Shown: positions 12,601 to 24,600 of the stretch, piece by piece
Layout: each line of letters opens with the position of its first letter
Position numbering within the stretch: the stretch's first letter is position 1
Assembly: GCF_036365525.1 (NCBI RefSeq)
Contig: NC_090393.1
Coordinates: 51,212,904-51,276,903, forward strand
DNA: 64,000 bases
Direction of reading: 5' to 3'
Source: Heterodontus francisci
Taxonomy: Eukaryota
Translations under genes and position numbers: made by a program
The notes under the pieces: generated by a model
Database searches by the model: none
Seen by the model: the letters and a program-made list of their open reading frames with translations, nothing else
What the model was told of the DNA's origin: nothing

Positions 12601-15600
12601 TGTGCTTTTCCATTGGCCTGAGGGTACCTGAGACATGAGCAAATCGTATATGTTTCAGTAAACTATTTGAAACTTTAGTTTGCAAATTGTGGCCGATTGT
12701 CGGATATCATGATATCTGGAATACCATGTGTAGCAAAAGTTCTCAAAGATTTAATGACAGCTTCTGAACTTGGCCATGTGTAACTTAGCTTCAACCCTTC
12801 TCGAGTAATAGTCAAAGGCAATGAGGAAAGTCTTCCCATTATGCTCAAAAAGATCCATTCCTGGATGCTCCCATGGGGGACGGAAACGAAGATGATGAGT
12901 GGCTCTCTCATGTCTTGTCCATTAGTAGCATATATGATGCATGTGGATATCATATCATTCCTTTGATCTCTTTTGAGATACCAGGCCACCATTCTGAGAT
13001 GCTCGCTCTTGCTCTGTATTTGGTGATTCCTAAATGATATCCAATTTAAAGCTCTTGACCAATTTTTCGTCGTTTACAAGCAGATCTCCCACAATACTTA
13101 GGTGACTGCTTTGCTCATGATATTTCCTTAAAACCGGGTCAGTGGCATATATTCTGGCCAACCATTTTGAAAATATTCTCTTATCCTTTCACATATTTCG
13201 TCTTCTTTCTGCAAATTTCGGATTTTCTCAATTTCTGAGCTGTTGCTGGTAAATTCTTAGTTATTAATCAAGCAAAGACTTCTACTTCCTCCAGAAGTAA
13301 GATATCTCCTTCTTCAGGTCTTCTAATTGTCGCTCCTGATAATGCACCTGCTATTATCTGATGTTTCCCTGGAACATATTCAGTCATCGTATTGTACCTC
13401 ATTGGTCTTAGTCGAAATCTTTGTACCCTTGGAGGTAACTTTGCTCTTTTGAATTCAATGGCATCACAATTGATTGTGGTCGATTTCAAACTTAAAAGGA
13501 AGGCCCAATATGTAGTCCAAAAATTTTTCACATGCCCATGTTTCTGCCAATGCTTCCTTCTCAATAACTACATACCTCTGTTCGGTTTTAGTTAATGAAT
13601 GAGAAGCAAAATATACACGTCTGCGACTTCCATCCTTCTGGACTTGAAATAAGCCTGAACCTAATCCTGTTGCTGATGCATCCACTGCAATTATTGTTGT
13701 TAGCTCTGAATTGTAGTGCACTAGCACCTCTGACAAAGTTAACATCTCTTTGATTTTCTCAAAGGTTTTTTTCTGGCTTTCTCTCCAACACCAGATATTA
13801 CTGCTTTTTAGTAGTTGTCACAAAGGCTCATCTATCATAACTAAATTTAGTAAGAACGTCGCTACCTGATTCACCATTCCCATGAATCTTTGTAAGGTTC
13901 TTTGGATCTGGGTAATCTTTTATTGCCTTCGTCTTCTGTGGATCAGCTGTGATACCTGACCCAATAATTATGTGACCAAGGAACCTCACTGTTGATTGTG
14001 AAAATACACACTTCTCATTCAATGTGAGACCTGCTTCTTCTAATCTTCTAATTCCCCTTGTGGTTGTGTTCTTTCTGGTTTGCTCCATGAATTAGGACAT
14101 TGTCCATGTGACAGATTATCCCCTCTAAACCTTCCAGGATTCTAGACATTGTTCTCTGAAAGAACTGAGGTGCTGACATAATAGAAACATAGAAAATAGG
14201 AGAAGGAGTAGGCCACTTGGCCCTTCAAGCCTGCTCCGCCATTCATTATGATCATGGCTGATCATCCAACTCAGTAGCCTGTTCGGCTTTCGCCCCATAA
14301 CCTTTGATCCTTTTAGACCCAAGAGCTATATCTAACTCCTTTTTGAAAACACACAATGTTTTGGCCTCAACTGATTTCTGTGGGAGCAAATTCCACAGGC
14401 TCAGCACTCTTTGGATGATGAAATTTCTCCTCATCTCAGTCCTGAAAGGTTTACCCTGTATGCTTAGACTATGACCACTGGTTCTGGACTCCCCCACCAT
14501 CGGGAACATCCTTCCTGCATCTACCCTGTCAAGTCCTGTTAGAATTTTATAGGTTTCTATGAGATCCCCCCTCACTCTTCTCAACTCCAACAAATATAAT
14601 CCTAACCGACTCAATCTCTCCTCATACGTCAGTCCCGCCATCCCAGGAATCAGTCGGGTGAACCTCCGCTGCGCTCCCTCTATAGCAAGAGCATTTTTCC
14701 TCAGATAAGGAGACCAAAACTGCACACAATATTCAAGGTGTGGCCTCACCAAGGCCCTGTATAATTGCAGCAAGACATCCCTGCCTCTGTTCTCGAATCC
14801 TCTCGCTATGAAGGCCAACATACCATTTGCCTTTTTTACCACCTGTTGCACCAGCATGCTTACCTTAAGCGACTGGTGTACGAGAACACCCAGGTCTCGC
14901 TGCATATTCTCCTCTCTCAGTTTATAGCCATGCAGATAATAATCTGCCTTCCTGTTTTTGCTACCAAAGTGAATAACCTCACATTTATCCACATTATACT
15001 GCATCTGCCATGCATTAGCCCACTCACAACTTGTCCAAATCACCCTGAAGCCTTTGCATCCTCCTCACAACTCACCCTCCCACCCAGTTTTGTGTCAACT
15101 GCAAATTTGGAAATATTACATTTAGTTCCCTCATCTAAATCATTAATATTTAGAGATACAGCACTGAAACAGGCCCTTCAGCCCACCGAGTCTGAGCCGA
15201 CCATTAACCACCCATTTATACTAATCCTACACTAATCCCATATTCCTAATACATCCTCACCTGTCCCTATATTCCCCTACCACCTAACTATACTAGGGGA
15301 AATTTATAACGGCCAATTTACCTATCACCCTGCAAGTCTTTTGGCTGTGGGAGGAAACCGGAGCACCCGGAGGAAACCCACGCAGACACAGGGAGAACTT
15401 GCAAACTCCACACAGGCAGTACCCAGAATTGAACCCGGTCGCTGGAGCTGTGAGGCTGCGGTGCTAACCACTGTGCCGCCAATATACGTAATAATATATG
15501 TTGTGAATAGCTGGGGCCCTAGCACCGATCCCTGCGGTACCCCACTAGTCACTGCCTGCCATTCGGAAAAAGACCCATTTATCCCTACTCTTTGTTTCCT

Positions 15601-18600
15601 GTCCGCCAACAAATTTTCTATCCATCGCAATACACTACCCCCAATCTCATGCGCTTTAATTTTACATGTTAATCTCTTATGTGGAAAGCCTTTGTTGAAA
15701 GCCTTCTGAAAGTCCAAATAAACCACATCCACTGGCTCCCCCTCATCAACTCTACTAGATAATCCTCGAAGAATTCTAGTAGATCTGTCAAGCATAATTT
15801 CCCTTTCGTAAATCCTTGCTGACTCTGCCTGATTCTACCACTGTTCTTGAAGTGCTCTGCTATAAAATCTAGAATTTTCCCCACTACTGACGTCAGGTTG
15901 ACTGGTCTATAATTCCCTGTTTTCTCTCTACCTCCTTTTTTAAATAGTGGGGTTACATTAGCTACCCCCCAATCTGTAGGAACTGTTTCAGAGTCTATAG
16001 AATCTTGGAAGATGACCACCAATGCATCCACTATTTCTAGGGCCACTTCCTTAAGTACTCAGGGATGCAGGCCATCAGGCCCTGGGGATTTATCAGCCTT
16101 CAATCTCACCAATTTCCCCAACGCCATTTCTATACTAATACTGATTTCCTTCAGTTCCTCTCTCTCACTAAGCCCTGTGTTCCCCAACATTTCTGGTATC
16201 AAATATCAAATGGTAACCTGTTGAAACCAAATCTTCCAAATGGTGTTATACATGTTGTCAACAATTTAGACTCTTCGTCCAAAGGTAACTGACAAAATCC
16301 ACTGTTTGCACCTGATTTCATAAATGTGGAGCTTTTTCCCAGTTTTGCCAAACTTTCATCCATTGATGCCATTGGATGGATCTCTCTCTCCATTACGTTA
16401 AGTTGAGTGAGGTCTACAGATTCCTTTGGATCCATTTGGTTTCTTTGCATCATCTAGTAGGTTTAATTATTGCTGATATCTTTCCCTGGTTCTGCATTGC
16501 TTCTATTTTTTAACCTTTCTCTCTTCTGCCTCTTTTCTCAGAGTGATGTAATATTTGTTTTGAATTTTCCCAATCCTCTAAATAGCTTTGGGAATTCAGC
16601 CCTAAAATCTCTTGGCTGCTTCTCTGGTCCCTTAATTTCTTCTACCCTACATAACGGTTGTAGGTCGATGCAAGCCTTCTGGCTGAGTAATGAACAATTC
16701 TGATTCTTAATAATATACAACGTTTCTGGAACCTCTTTATTCTCGGATCTTAAAGTCTTTCTCAGTTTGCTTATAAATTTCAGCTCTGTGCCTTCAGGCA
16801 CATATAGCTCCTCGTTTGTTGTCCTAAAGCATCCCTTCTTTAGCCATGGTTCCTTATCCAATAGAACAGAAACCGCTGCTCCTGTGTCTAACTTAAAGCT
16901 AGTTTTATTTCATCCTACCATGATATCTGCTTTCCGTTTTTTTCACAACTCCATTGAGTCTAATGCCTTCGAGATTGGATTCTCCTCTATCCCCTCGAAC
17001 CACAGATCGGTTGAATTTTCTAACCTCTGCCTGTCTGCTCAGCTGAATGGCTTTTTGTAAACTCAAGTCTTCCCTCACCTGTAGCTGATTTGACAGAGCA
17101 TCGTCTATAACCCCGACTATGACCCCACCTCAAATCAACTCCGCAAACAAACTTCCATACCTGGTTCTGAAGAAGGGTCACTGACCTGAAACGTTAACTC
17201 TGCTTCTCTTTTCACAGATGCTGCCAGACCTGCTGAGTGGTTCTAGCATTTCTTGAACCTATTTACATACTCTACCCAGCAACAGCCTGTACCAAATTAT
17301 ACAACAGTAACAACATTAAACTCACCCCTCCCGGAAAAATATTAAACTCCCCACTCCAGTAACAACATTAAACTCCCCCCCTTCCTAAAACAGCATTAAA
17401 CTCCCCCCCCCTCCCTAAAACAGCATTAAACTCCCCTCCCCCCCACCTTCTGTAACAACATTAACCTCCCCCCCTCTTGTAACAACATTAAACTCCCCCC
17501 TCCAGTAACAACATTAAACTCCCCCCTCCTAAAACATTATACTCACCCCCCCTCCTGTAACAACATTAAACTCCTCCCCTCCTAAAATATTAAATTCCTC
17601 CCCTCCTATAACAACTTAAACTCCCCCCATCCTGTAACAACATTAAACTCCCCCCCATAACAACATTAAACTCCCCCCATCCTGTAACAACATTAAACTC
17701 CGCCCCCCCCCCCTCCTGTGACCAGCTACTATGTTAGCATTGTATCCTCACCATTAAGTACCTCTTACTGGTGTCTCTCGATCGCCTCCAGTTATTGCTC
17801 TCTAGGTGTTGATTGGAAGTATCATTTTTCAAAATTTTTCTCCACTGTCAGTGTCCTTCCTGTCCAGTGTCAGTCCCCCTTCTTGTACATGAATCAATCC
17901 CCTTCCTGTTCAGGGTAAGTCCCCATTCCTGTTTATGGGTAAGTCCCCCTTCCTGGCCAGTGTCAGTCTCCCTTTCCTGTCCATGGGTCCATCCCCTTTC
18001 GTGTCCATGGGTCCATTCCCTTTCCTGTCCATTCGTCAGTCTCCCTCCTGGCCGTTGGTCAGTCCCCTTCCTGGCCAGGGTCAAGTCAAATAAATAATAC
18101 GGTAACAGTATTGGAAGTGAACATCGTACTGAAGGAGACTTGTAACTTCTTGATGCTTCAAACTTCCAACAAGTGTAATAATTGGTGATTTATTTGCTTT
18201 TGTATTTGAAGGGATTGGTCTGACTATTCACTGCATGTACATTATGGAGTGCTCTCCGAAGATGTTGCGAGGGGTTGTGACCATCTCCATCGCAATATTC
18301 ATTTCTGTCGGTAAATGCTTAGGACAGGTCATGGGTCTCAGGTCAGTATCTTTGCAATGCTGTACTCCAATCGGATTACATTGTCGCTGTGTGACACTAT
18401 TGTGGGAGTGGAGCTCATTCAAGAGCTAGAGGGCGAAAGGCAGTGCTTTCCATTCCACAGTGATACTTCACAATACAATTCCATTACAGCAAACTGACAG
18501 TTCCCAAACATAAGATATGGGAGAAAGAGAGGATTGAGATGCTTCAGCAAGTGTGCAAATTCCTCCCTTTCTGGATTGTACAGTAACCGGGATTCTCAGA

Positions 18601-21600
18601 TTCTCTTGTTTTGCAACTCATTGCAATTTTTATTCCAATCAGATGTCATGCTGTCATTGTTGGTGGCCTGATTCTAGATCTATCTCAGGATCATGCCCAG
18701 CGAGGACTTACTGCACCTTTCCTGCTTCAGTATCTTGCTGTAGACCACGGCTCGGATACACAGCTGAGTGGAGGGTGGACCAGTTCTATATTCTCCCTTT
18801 CCATGGCACTGCTTCCAAAGTGGCCACTGAGCTACCACTGAAGAGAAATTTGCACTCTATGTATCTGATACCTGATGCTTTTATGAAAATACTTTTCCTC
18901 CTTTTATTCTGCCAATGATCTCTCCTCTGTTCCCTGAAGGTGTTGCTTGGTATCTCTTCATGTGTGAGCATGAATAGTGAATGGTGACAAGCTACATGTC
19001 CAAAGAACAAAGAACAAAGATAATTACAGCACAGGAACAGGCCCTTCGGCCCTCCAAGCCTGCGCCGATCCAGACCCTCTATCTAAACATGTCGCCTATT
19101 TTCTAAGGTTCTGTATCTCTTTTCTTCCTGCCCATTCATGTATCTGTCTAGATACATCTTAAAAGACGCCATCGTGCCTGCATCTACCACCTCCGCTGGC
19201 AACGCGTTCCAGACACCCACCACCCTCTGCGTAAAGAACTTTCCACGCATATCCCCCCTAAACTTTTCCCCTTTCACTTTGAACTCGTGTCCTCTAGTAA
19301 TTGAATCCCCCACTCTGGGAAAAAGCCTCTTGCTATCCACCCTGTCTATACCTCTCATGATTTTGTACACCTCAATCAGGTCCCCCCTCAACCTCCATCT
19401 TTCTAATGAAAATAATCCTAATCTACTCAACCTCTCTTCATAGCTAGCGCCCTCCATACCAGGCAACATCCTGGTGAACCTCCTCTGCACCCTCTCCAAA
19501 GCATCCACATCCTTTTGGTAATGTGGCGACCAGAACTGCACGCAGTATTACAAATGTGGCCGAACCAAAGTCCTATACAACTGTAACATGACCTGCCAAC
19601 TCTTGTACTCAATACCCCGTCCGATGAAGGAAAGCATGCCATATGCCTTCTTGACCACTCTATTTACCTGCGTTGCCACCTTCAGGGAACAGTGGACCTG
19701 AACACCCAAATCTCTCTGGACATCAATTTTCCCCAGGACTTTTCCATTTACTGTATAGTTCACTCTTGAATTGGATCTTCCAAAATGCATCACCTCGCAT
19801 TTTCCCTGATTGAACTCCATCTGCCATTTCTCTGCCCAACTCTCCAATCTATCTATATTCTGCTGTATTCTCTGACAGTCCCCTTCACTATCTGCTACTC
19901 CACCAATCTTAGTGTCGTCTGCAAACTTGCTAATCAGTCCACCTATACTTTCCTCCAAATCATTAATGTATATCACAAACAACAGTGGTCCCAGCACGGA
20001 TCCCTGTGGAACACCACTGGTCACACGTCTCCATTTTGAGAAACTCCCTTCTACTGCTACTCTCTGTCTCCTGTTGCCCAGCCAGTTCTTTATCCATCTA
20101 GCTAGTACACCTTGGACCCCATGCGCCTTCACTTTCTCCATCAGCCTGCCATGGGGAACTTTATCAAACGCCTTACTGAAGTCCATGTATATGACATCGA
20201 CAGCCCTTCCCTCATCAATCAACTTTGTCACTTCCTCAAAGAATTCTATTAAGTTGGTAAGACATGACCTTCCCTGCACAAAACCATGTTGCCTATCGCT
20301 GATAAGCCCATTTTCTTCCAAATGGGAATAGATCCTATCCCTCAGTATCTTCTCCAGCAGCTTCCCTACCACTGACGTCAGGCTCACCGGTCTATAATTA
20401 CCTGGATTATCCCTGCTACCCTTCTTAAACAAGGGGACAACATTAGCAATTCTCCAGTCCTCCGGGACCTCACCCGTGTTTAAGGATGCTGCAAAGATAT
20501 CTGTTAAGGCCCCAGCTATTTCCTCTCTCGCTTCCCTCAGTAACCTGGGATAGATCCCATCCGGACCTGGGGACTTGTCCACCTTAATGCCCTTTATAAT
20601 ACCCAACACTTCCTCCCTCCTTATGCCGACTTGACCTAGTGTAATCAAACATCTGTTCCTAACCTCAACATCCGTCATGTCCCTCTCCTCGGTGAATACC
20701 GATGCAAAGTACTCGTTTAGAATCTCACCCATTTTCTCTGAGCCCAGGCATAACATTCCTCCTTTGTCCTTTAGTGGGCCAATCCTTTCTCTAGTTACCC
20801 TCTTTCTCCTTATATATGAATAAAAGGCTTTGGGATTTTCTTTAACCCTGTTTGCTAAAGATATTTCATGACCCCTTTTAGCCCTCTTAATTCCTCGTTT
20901 CAGATTGGTCCTACATTCCCGATATTCTTTCAAAGCTTCGTCTTTCATCAGCCGCCTAGACCTTATGTATGCTTCCTTTTTCCTCTTAGCTAGTCTCACA
21001 ATTTCACCTGTCATCCATGGTTCCCTAATCTTGCCATTTCTATCCCTCATTTTCACAGGAACATGTCTCTCCTGCACGCTAATCAACCTCTCTTTAAAAG
21101 CCTCCCACATATCACATGTGGATTTACCTTCAAACAGCTGCTCCCAATCTACATTCCCCAGCTCCTGCCGAATTTTGGTATAGTTGGCCTTCCCCCAATT
21201 TAGCACTCTTCCTTTAGGACCACTCTCGTCTTTGTCCATGAGTATTTTAAAGCTTACGGAATTGTGATCACTATTCCCAAAGTAGTCCCCTACTGAAACT
21301 TCAAACACCTGGCCGGGCTCATTCCCCAACACCAGATCCAGTATGGCCCCTTCCCGAGTTGGACTATTTACATACTGCTCTAGAAAACCCTCCTGGATGC
21401 TCCTTACAAATTCTGCTCCATCTAGACCTCTAACACTAAGTGAATCCCAGTCAATGTTGGGAAAATTAAAATCTCCTATCACCACCACCCTGTTGCTCCT
21501 ACATCTTTCCATAATCTGTTTACATATTTGTACCTCTATCTCACGCTCGCTGTTGGGAGGCCTGTAGTACAGCCCCAACATTGTTACCGCACCCTTCCTA

Positions 21601-24600
21601 TTTCTGAGTTCTGTCCATATTGCCTCATTGCTCGAGTCCTCCATAGTGCCCTCCTTCAGCACAGCTGTGATATCCTCTTTGACCAGTAATGCAACTCCTC
21701 CACCCCTTTTACCTCCCTCTCTATCCCGCCTGAAGCATCGATATCCTGGGATATTTAGTTGCCAATCATGCCCTTCCCTCAACCAAGTCTCAGTAATAGC
21801 AACAACATCATACTCCCAGGTACTAATCCAAGCCCTAAGTTCATCTGCCTTACCTACTACACTTCTTGCATTAAAACAAATGCACCTCAGACCACCAGTC
21901 CCTTTCCATTCATCATCTGCTCCCTGCCTGCTCTTCCCCTTAGTCACACTGACTTCATTATCTAGTTCCTTACAGGCTTTTGTTACTACCTCCTTACTGT
22001 CAACTGACCTCCTCAATTGGTTCCCATCCCCCTGCCACATTAGTTTAAACCCTCCCCAACAGCATTAGCAAAAGCACCCCCAAGGACATTGGTTCCAGTC
22101 CGGCCCAGGTGTAGACCGTCCAATTTGTAATAGTCCCACCTCCCCCAGAACCGGTCCCAATGTCCCAAAAATCTGAACCCCTCCTTCCTGCACCATCTCT
22201 CAAGCCACGCATTCATCCTGACTATTCTTTCATTTTTACTCTGACTATCACGTGGCACTGGTAGCAATCCTGAGATTACTACCTCTGAGGTCCTACTTTT
22301 TAACTTGGCTCCTAACTCCCTAAACTCTGCTTGTAGGACCTCATCCCGTTTTTTACCTATATCATTGGTGCCTATGTGCACAACGACAACTGGTTGTTCA
22401 CCCTCCCCCTTTAGAATGTTCTGCAGCCGATCTGAGACATCCCTGACCCGTGCACCTGGGAGGCAACATACCATTCGGGAGCCTCGTTTTCGACCACAGA
22501 ACCGCCTATCTACTCCCCTTACAATCGAATCCCCTACGACTATAGCCCTTCCACTCTTTTTCCCGCCCTTCTGAACAGCAGAGCCAGCCACGGTGCCATG
22601 GACCTGGCTACTGCTGCCTTCCCCTGGTGAGCCATCTCCCTCAACAGTATCCAAAACGGTATACTTGTTTTGGAGGGAGATGACCGCAGGGGACTCCTGC
22701 GCTGCCTTCCTGCTCTTTCTCTGCCTTTTGGTCACCCATTCCCTTTCTCCCTCAGCAATCCTAATCTGCGGTGTGACCAATTCACTAAACGTGCTATCCA
22801 CGACCTCCTCATCATCGCGCATGCTCCAAAGTGAGTCCATCCGCAGCTCGAGAGCCGTCATGCGGTCTAACAAGAGCTGCAGTTGGACACACTTCCTGCA
22901 CGTGAAGGAGTCAGGGACATCAGCCATGTCCCTGAGCTCCCACATTGAGCAAGAGGAGCATGACACGGGTCTGAGATCTCCTGCCATTTTTAATCTTAAG
23001 CTTAACTTAGTTAAATGAAAAAGGAACGAAAAGTTTTTACCAATCACGATAAAACCAGAGAAATAGAAAAAGCCTTACCTTATAAACACCCCACCGAGTC
23101 CTTTTTTTTTGGTTAGAGGAGGAGGGCGGGTGGGAGACACTACAAGTGTGGTGTCTCAGGTTCAGAAACCGCCCAAATATATAGTGTTTTACTTACCCAG
23201 CAGCCCCCTGGCCTCCGCCGAAAACAAAAGGAAATTAAGTTTACTTTCAAACTGACCTTCCCAGCTGCTCACTCGCTCGCACTGTGCTCCCGAAAAAGCT
23301 GCTGCAATGAAAGGAAAGTTATTTTAAACCGCCCAAATATATAGTGTTTTACTTACCCAGCAGCCCCCTGGCCTCCGCCGAAAACAAAAGGAAATTAAGT
23401 TTACTTTCAAACTGACCTTCCCAGCTGCTCACTCGCTCGCACTCTGCTCCCGAAAAAGCTGCTGCAATGAAAAATGTATTAGTATTGGCTTGGTCATGTC
23501 CTCTCCCAGTGTTTACGTAAGCACTAAAATAGAAGCAAAATACTGCGGATGCTGGAAATCTGAAATAAAAACAAGAAATGCTGGAACCACTCAGCAGGTC
23601 TGGCAGCATCTGTGGAAAGAGAAGCAGAGTTAACATTTGGGGTCAGTGACCCTTCTTCTTTCGGAGAGTTCCAGAGAGATTAGTGGACACTAATACATTG
23701 TGTTGATGCTGAATTCCATAGAGTGGGAGGCTCCATTCTCCTGGGAGGTGCCATTCATATTCATTGGGGAGGCTCCATTCATATTAATCGGGGAGGCTCC
23801 ATTTCCCTGGCAGGTTTTCATTCATATTCATCCGGAGGCTCTATTCACCTGGGAAGTTCCATTCATATTCATTAGGGAGGCTCCATTCACCTGGGAGTTT
23901 CCATTCATATTCATCGGGGAGGCTACATTCACCTGTGAGTTTCCATTCATATTCATCGGGGAGGCTCCATTCACCTGTGAGTTTCCATTCATATTCATTG
24001 GGGAGGTTCTGTTCACCTGAGGCTCCATTCTTCTGCTGTGCTGAGTTCCTGGGCTGAACTAGGTGATGCTGGACAGACATTCTGTGAGAAGGAATAGTGT
24101 GGGAAATTGGGCCTGTCCAGCTGGGATGGTGAACCATGTCTCTTTTTGGGCTTTGGCAAAGTTTGGTAGCAGGATGTGCCCCCAACCTTTTATAGAAGAT
24201 GCAAGAATCCAGGCAGACTGATACACAGGTCCAAAACCATGGAAAAACTACCAAAAGAAAGATACATTTTAAAACAATTCCAGTGCACTGTCAAGATCTG
24301 TAGAAAACCCACCCTTAATACGGGGCAAGGTGCTCTCTGTGCTTCAGGTATAGGAAAATTGTAAATGTATCCTGTATAACTGGGTTACTGAAATCACTAT
24401 ATATAGTGCACAGAGAAGCTCGCACCCCTGTAAGAGCATCAACTGGGACACTGGGGGTAATTTTCACATTATGTAAAACAAGCCAAAATGAACCGACAGC
24501 CTATTTTACATCATTCCCCATTATTACTTCCATTGGCTTCCAGTGGAAATGAAATTTGGTTACATTCTATAATGGATGGTGAAGGAGAAAATAGTAATTG

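Larger units (their letters stand above)
12000..17060 (-). mobile_element. Degenerate Ty3/Gypsy LTR retrotransposon pol (PR-RT-RH-IN), split by CR1 at about 14180-16198
   Basis: Protease FKLDTGAAV (about 16870-16897); [15 protein letters not shown] and [10 protein letters not shown]; RNase [16 protein letters not shown]; integrase SDNRPQF and ALLSYRSTP; purine tract gtgaaaggagat near 12000 on the minus strand. Confidence 0.9.
19002..23494 (-). mobile_element. Full-length young CR1 LINE (5' UTR, ORF1, ORF2, 3' UTR, (tctttgt)n tail)
   Basis: Two long ORFs without frameshifts; 7-bp repeat tail at about 19002-19020; candidate TSD catgtcc at 18995-19001 and 23495-23501. Confidence 0.95.

Noticed and set aside
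15400-15480. tRNA gene (A and B boxes), also near 44.0, 49.6 and 27.0 kb
   Set aside because: These are tRNA-derived SINE heads followed by SINE core and LINE-like tail, with no full cloverleaf.
22988-23047. N-terminal extension of CR1 ORF1 given by the ORF track (MIGKNFSF...)
   Set aside because: It begins at a GTG. The first ATG in good context is at 22987, immediately before the zinc finger.
23700-24028. Periodic ORFs ([14 protein letters not shown])n and ([14 protein letters not shown])n
   Set aside because: Both are translations of the 42-bp minisatellite.
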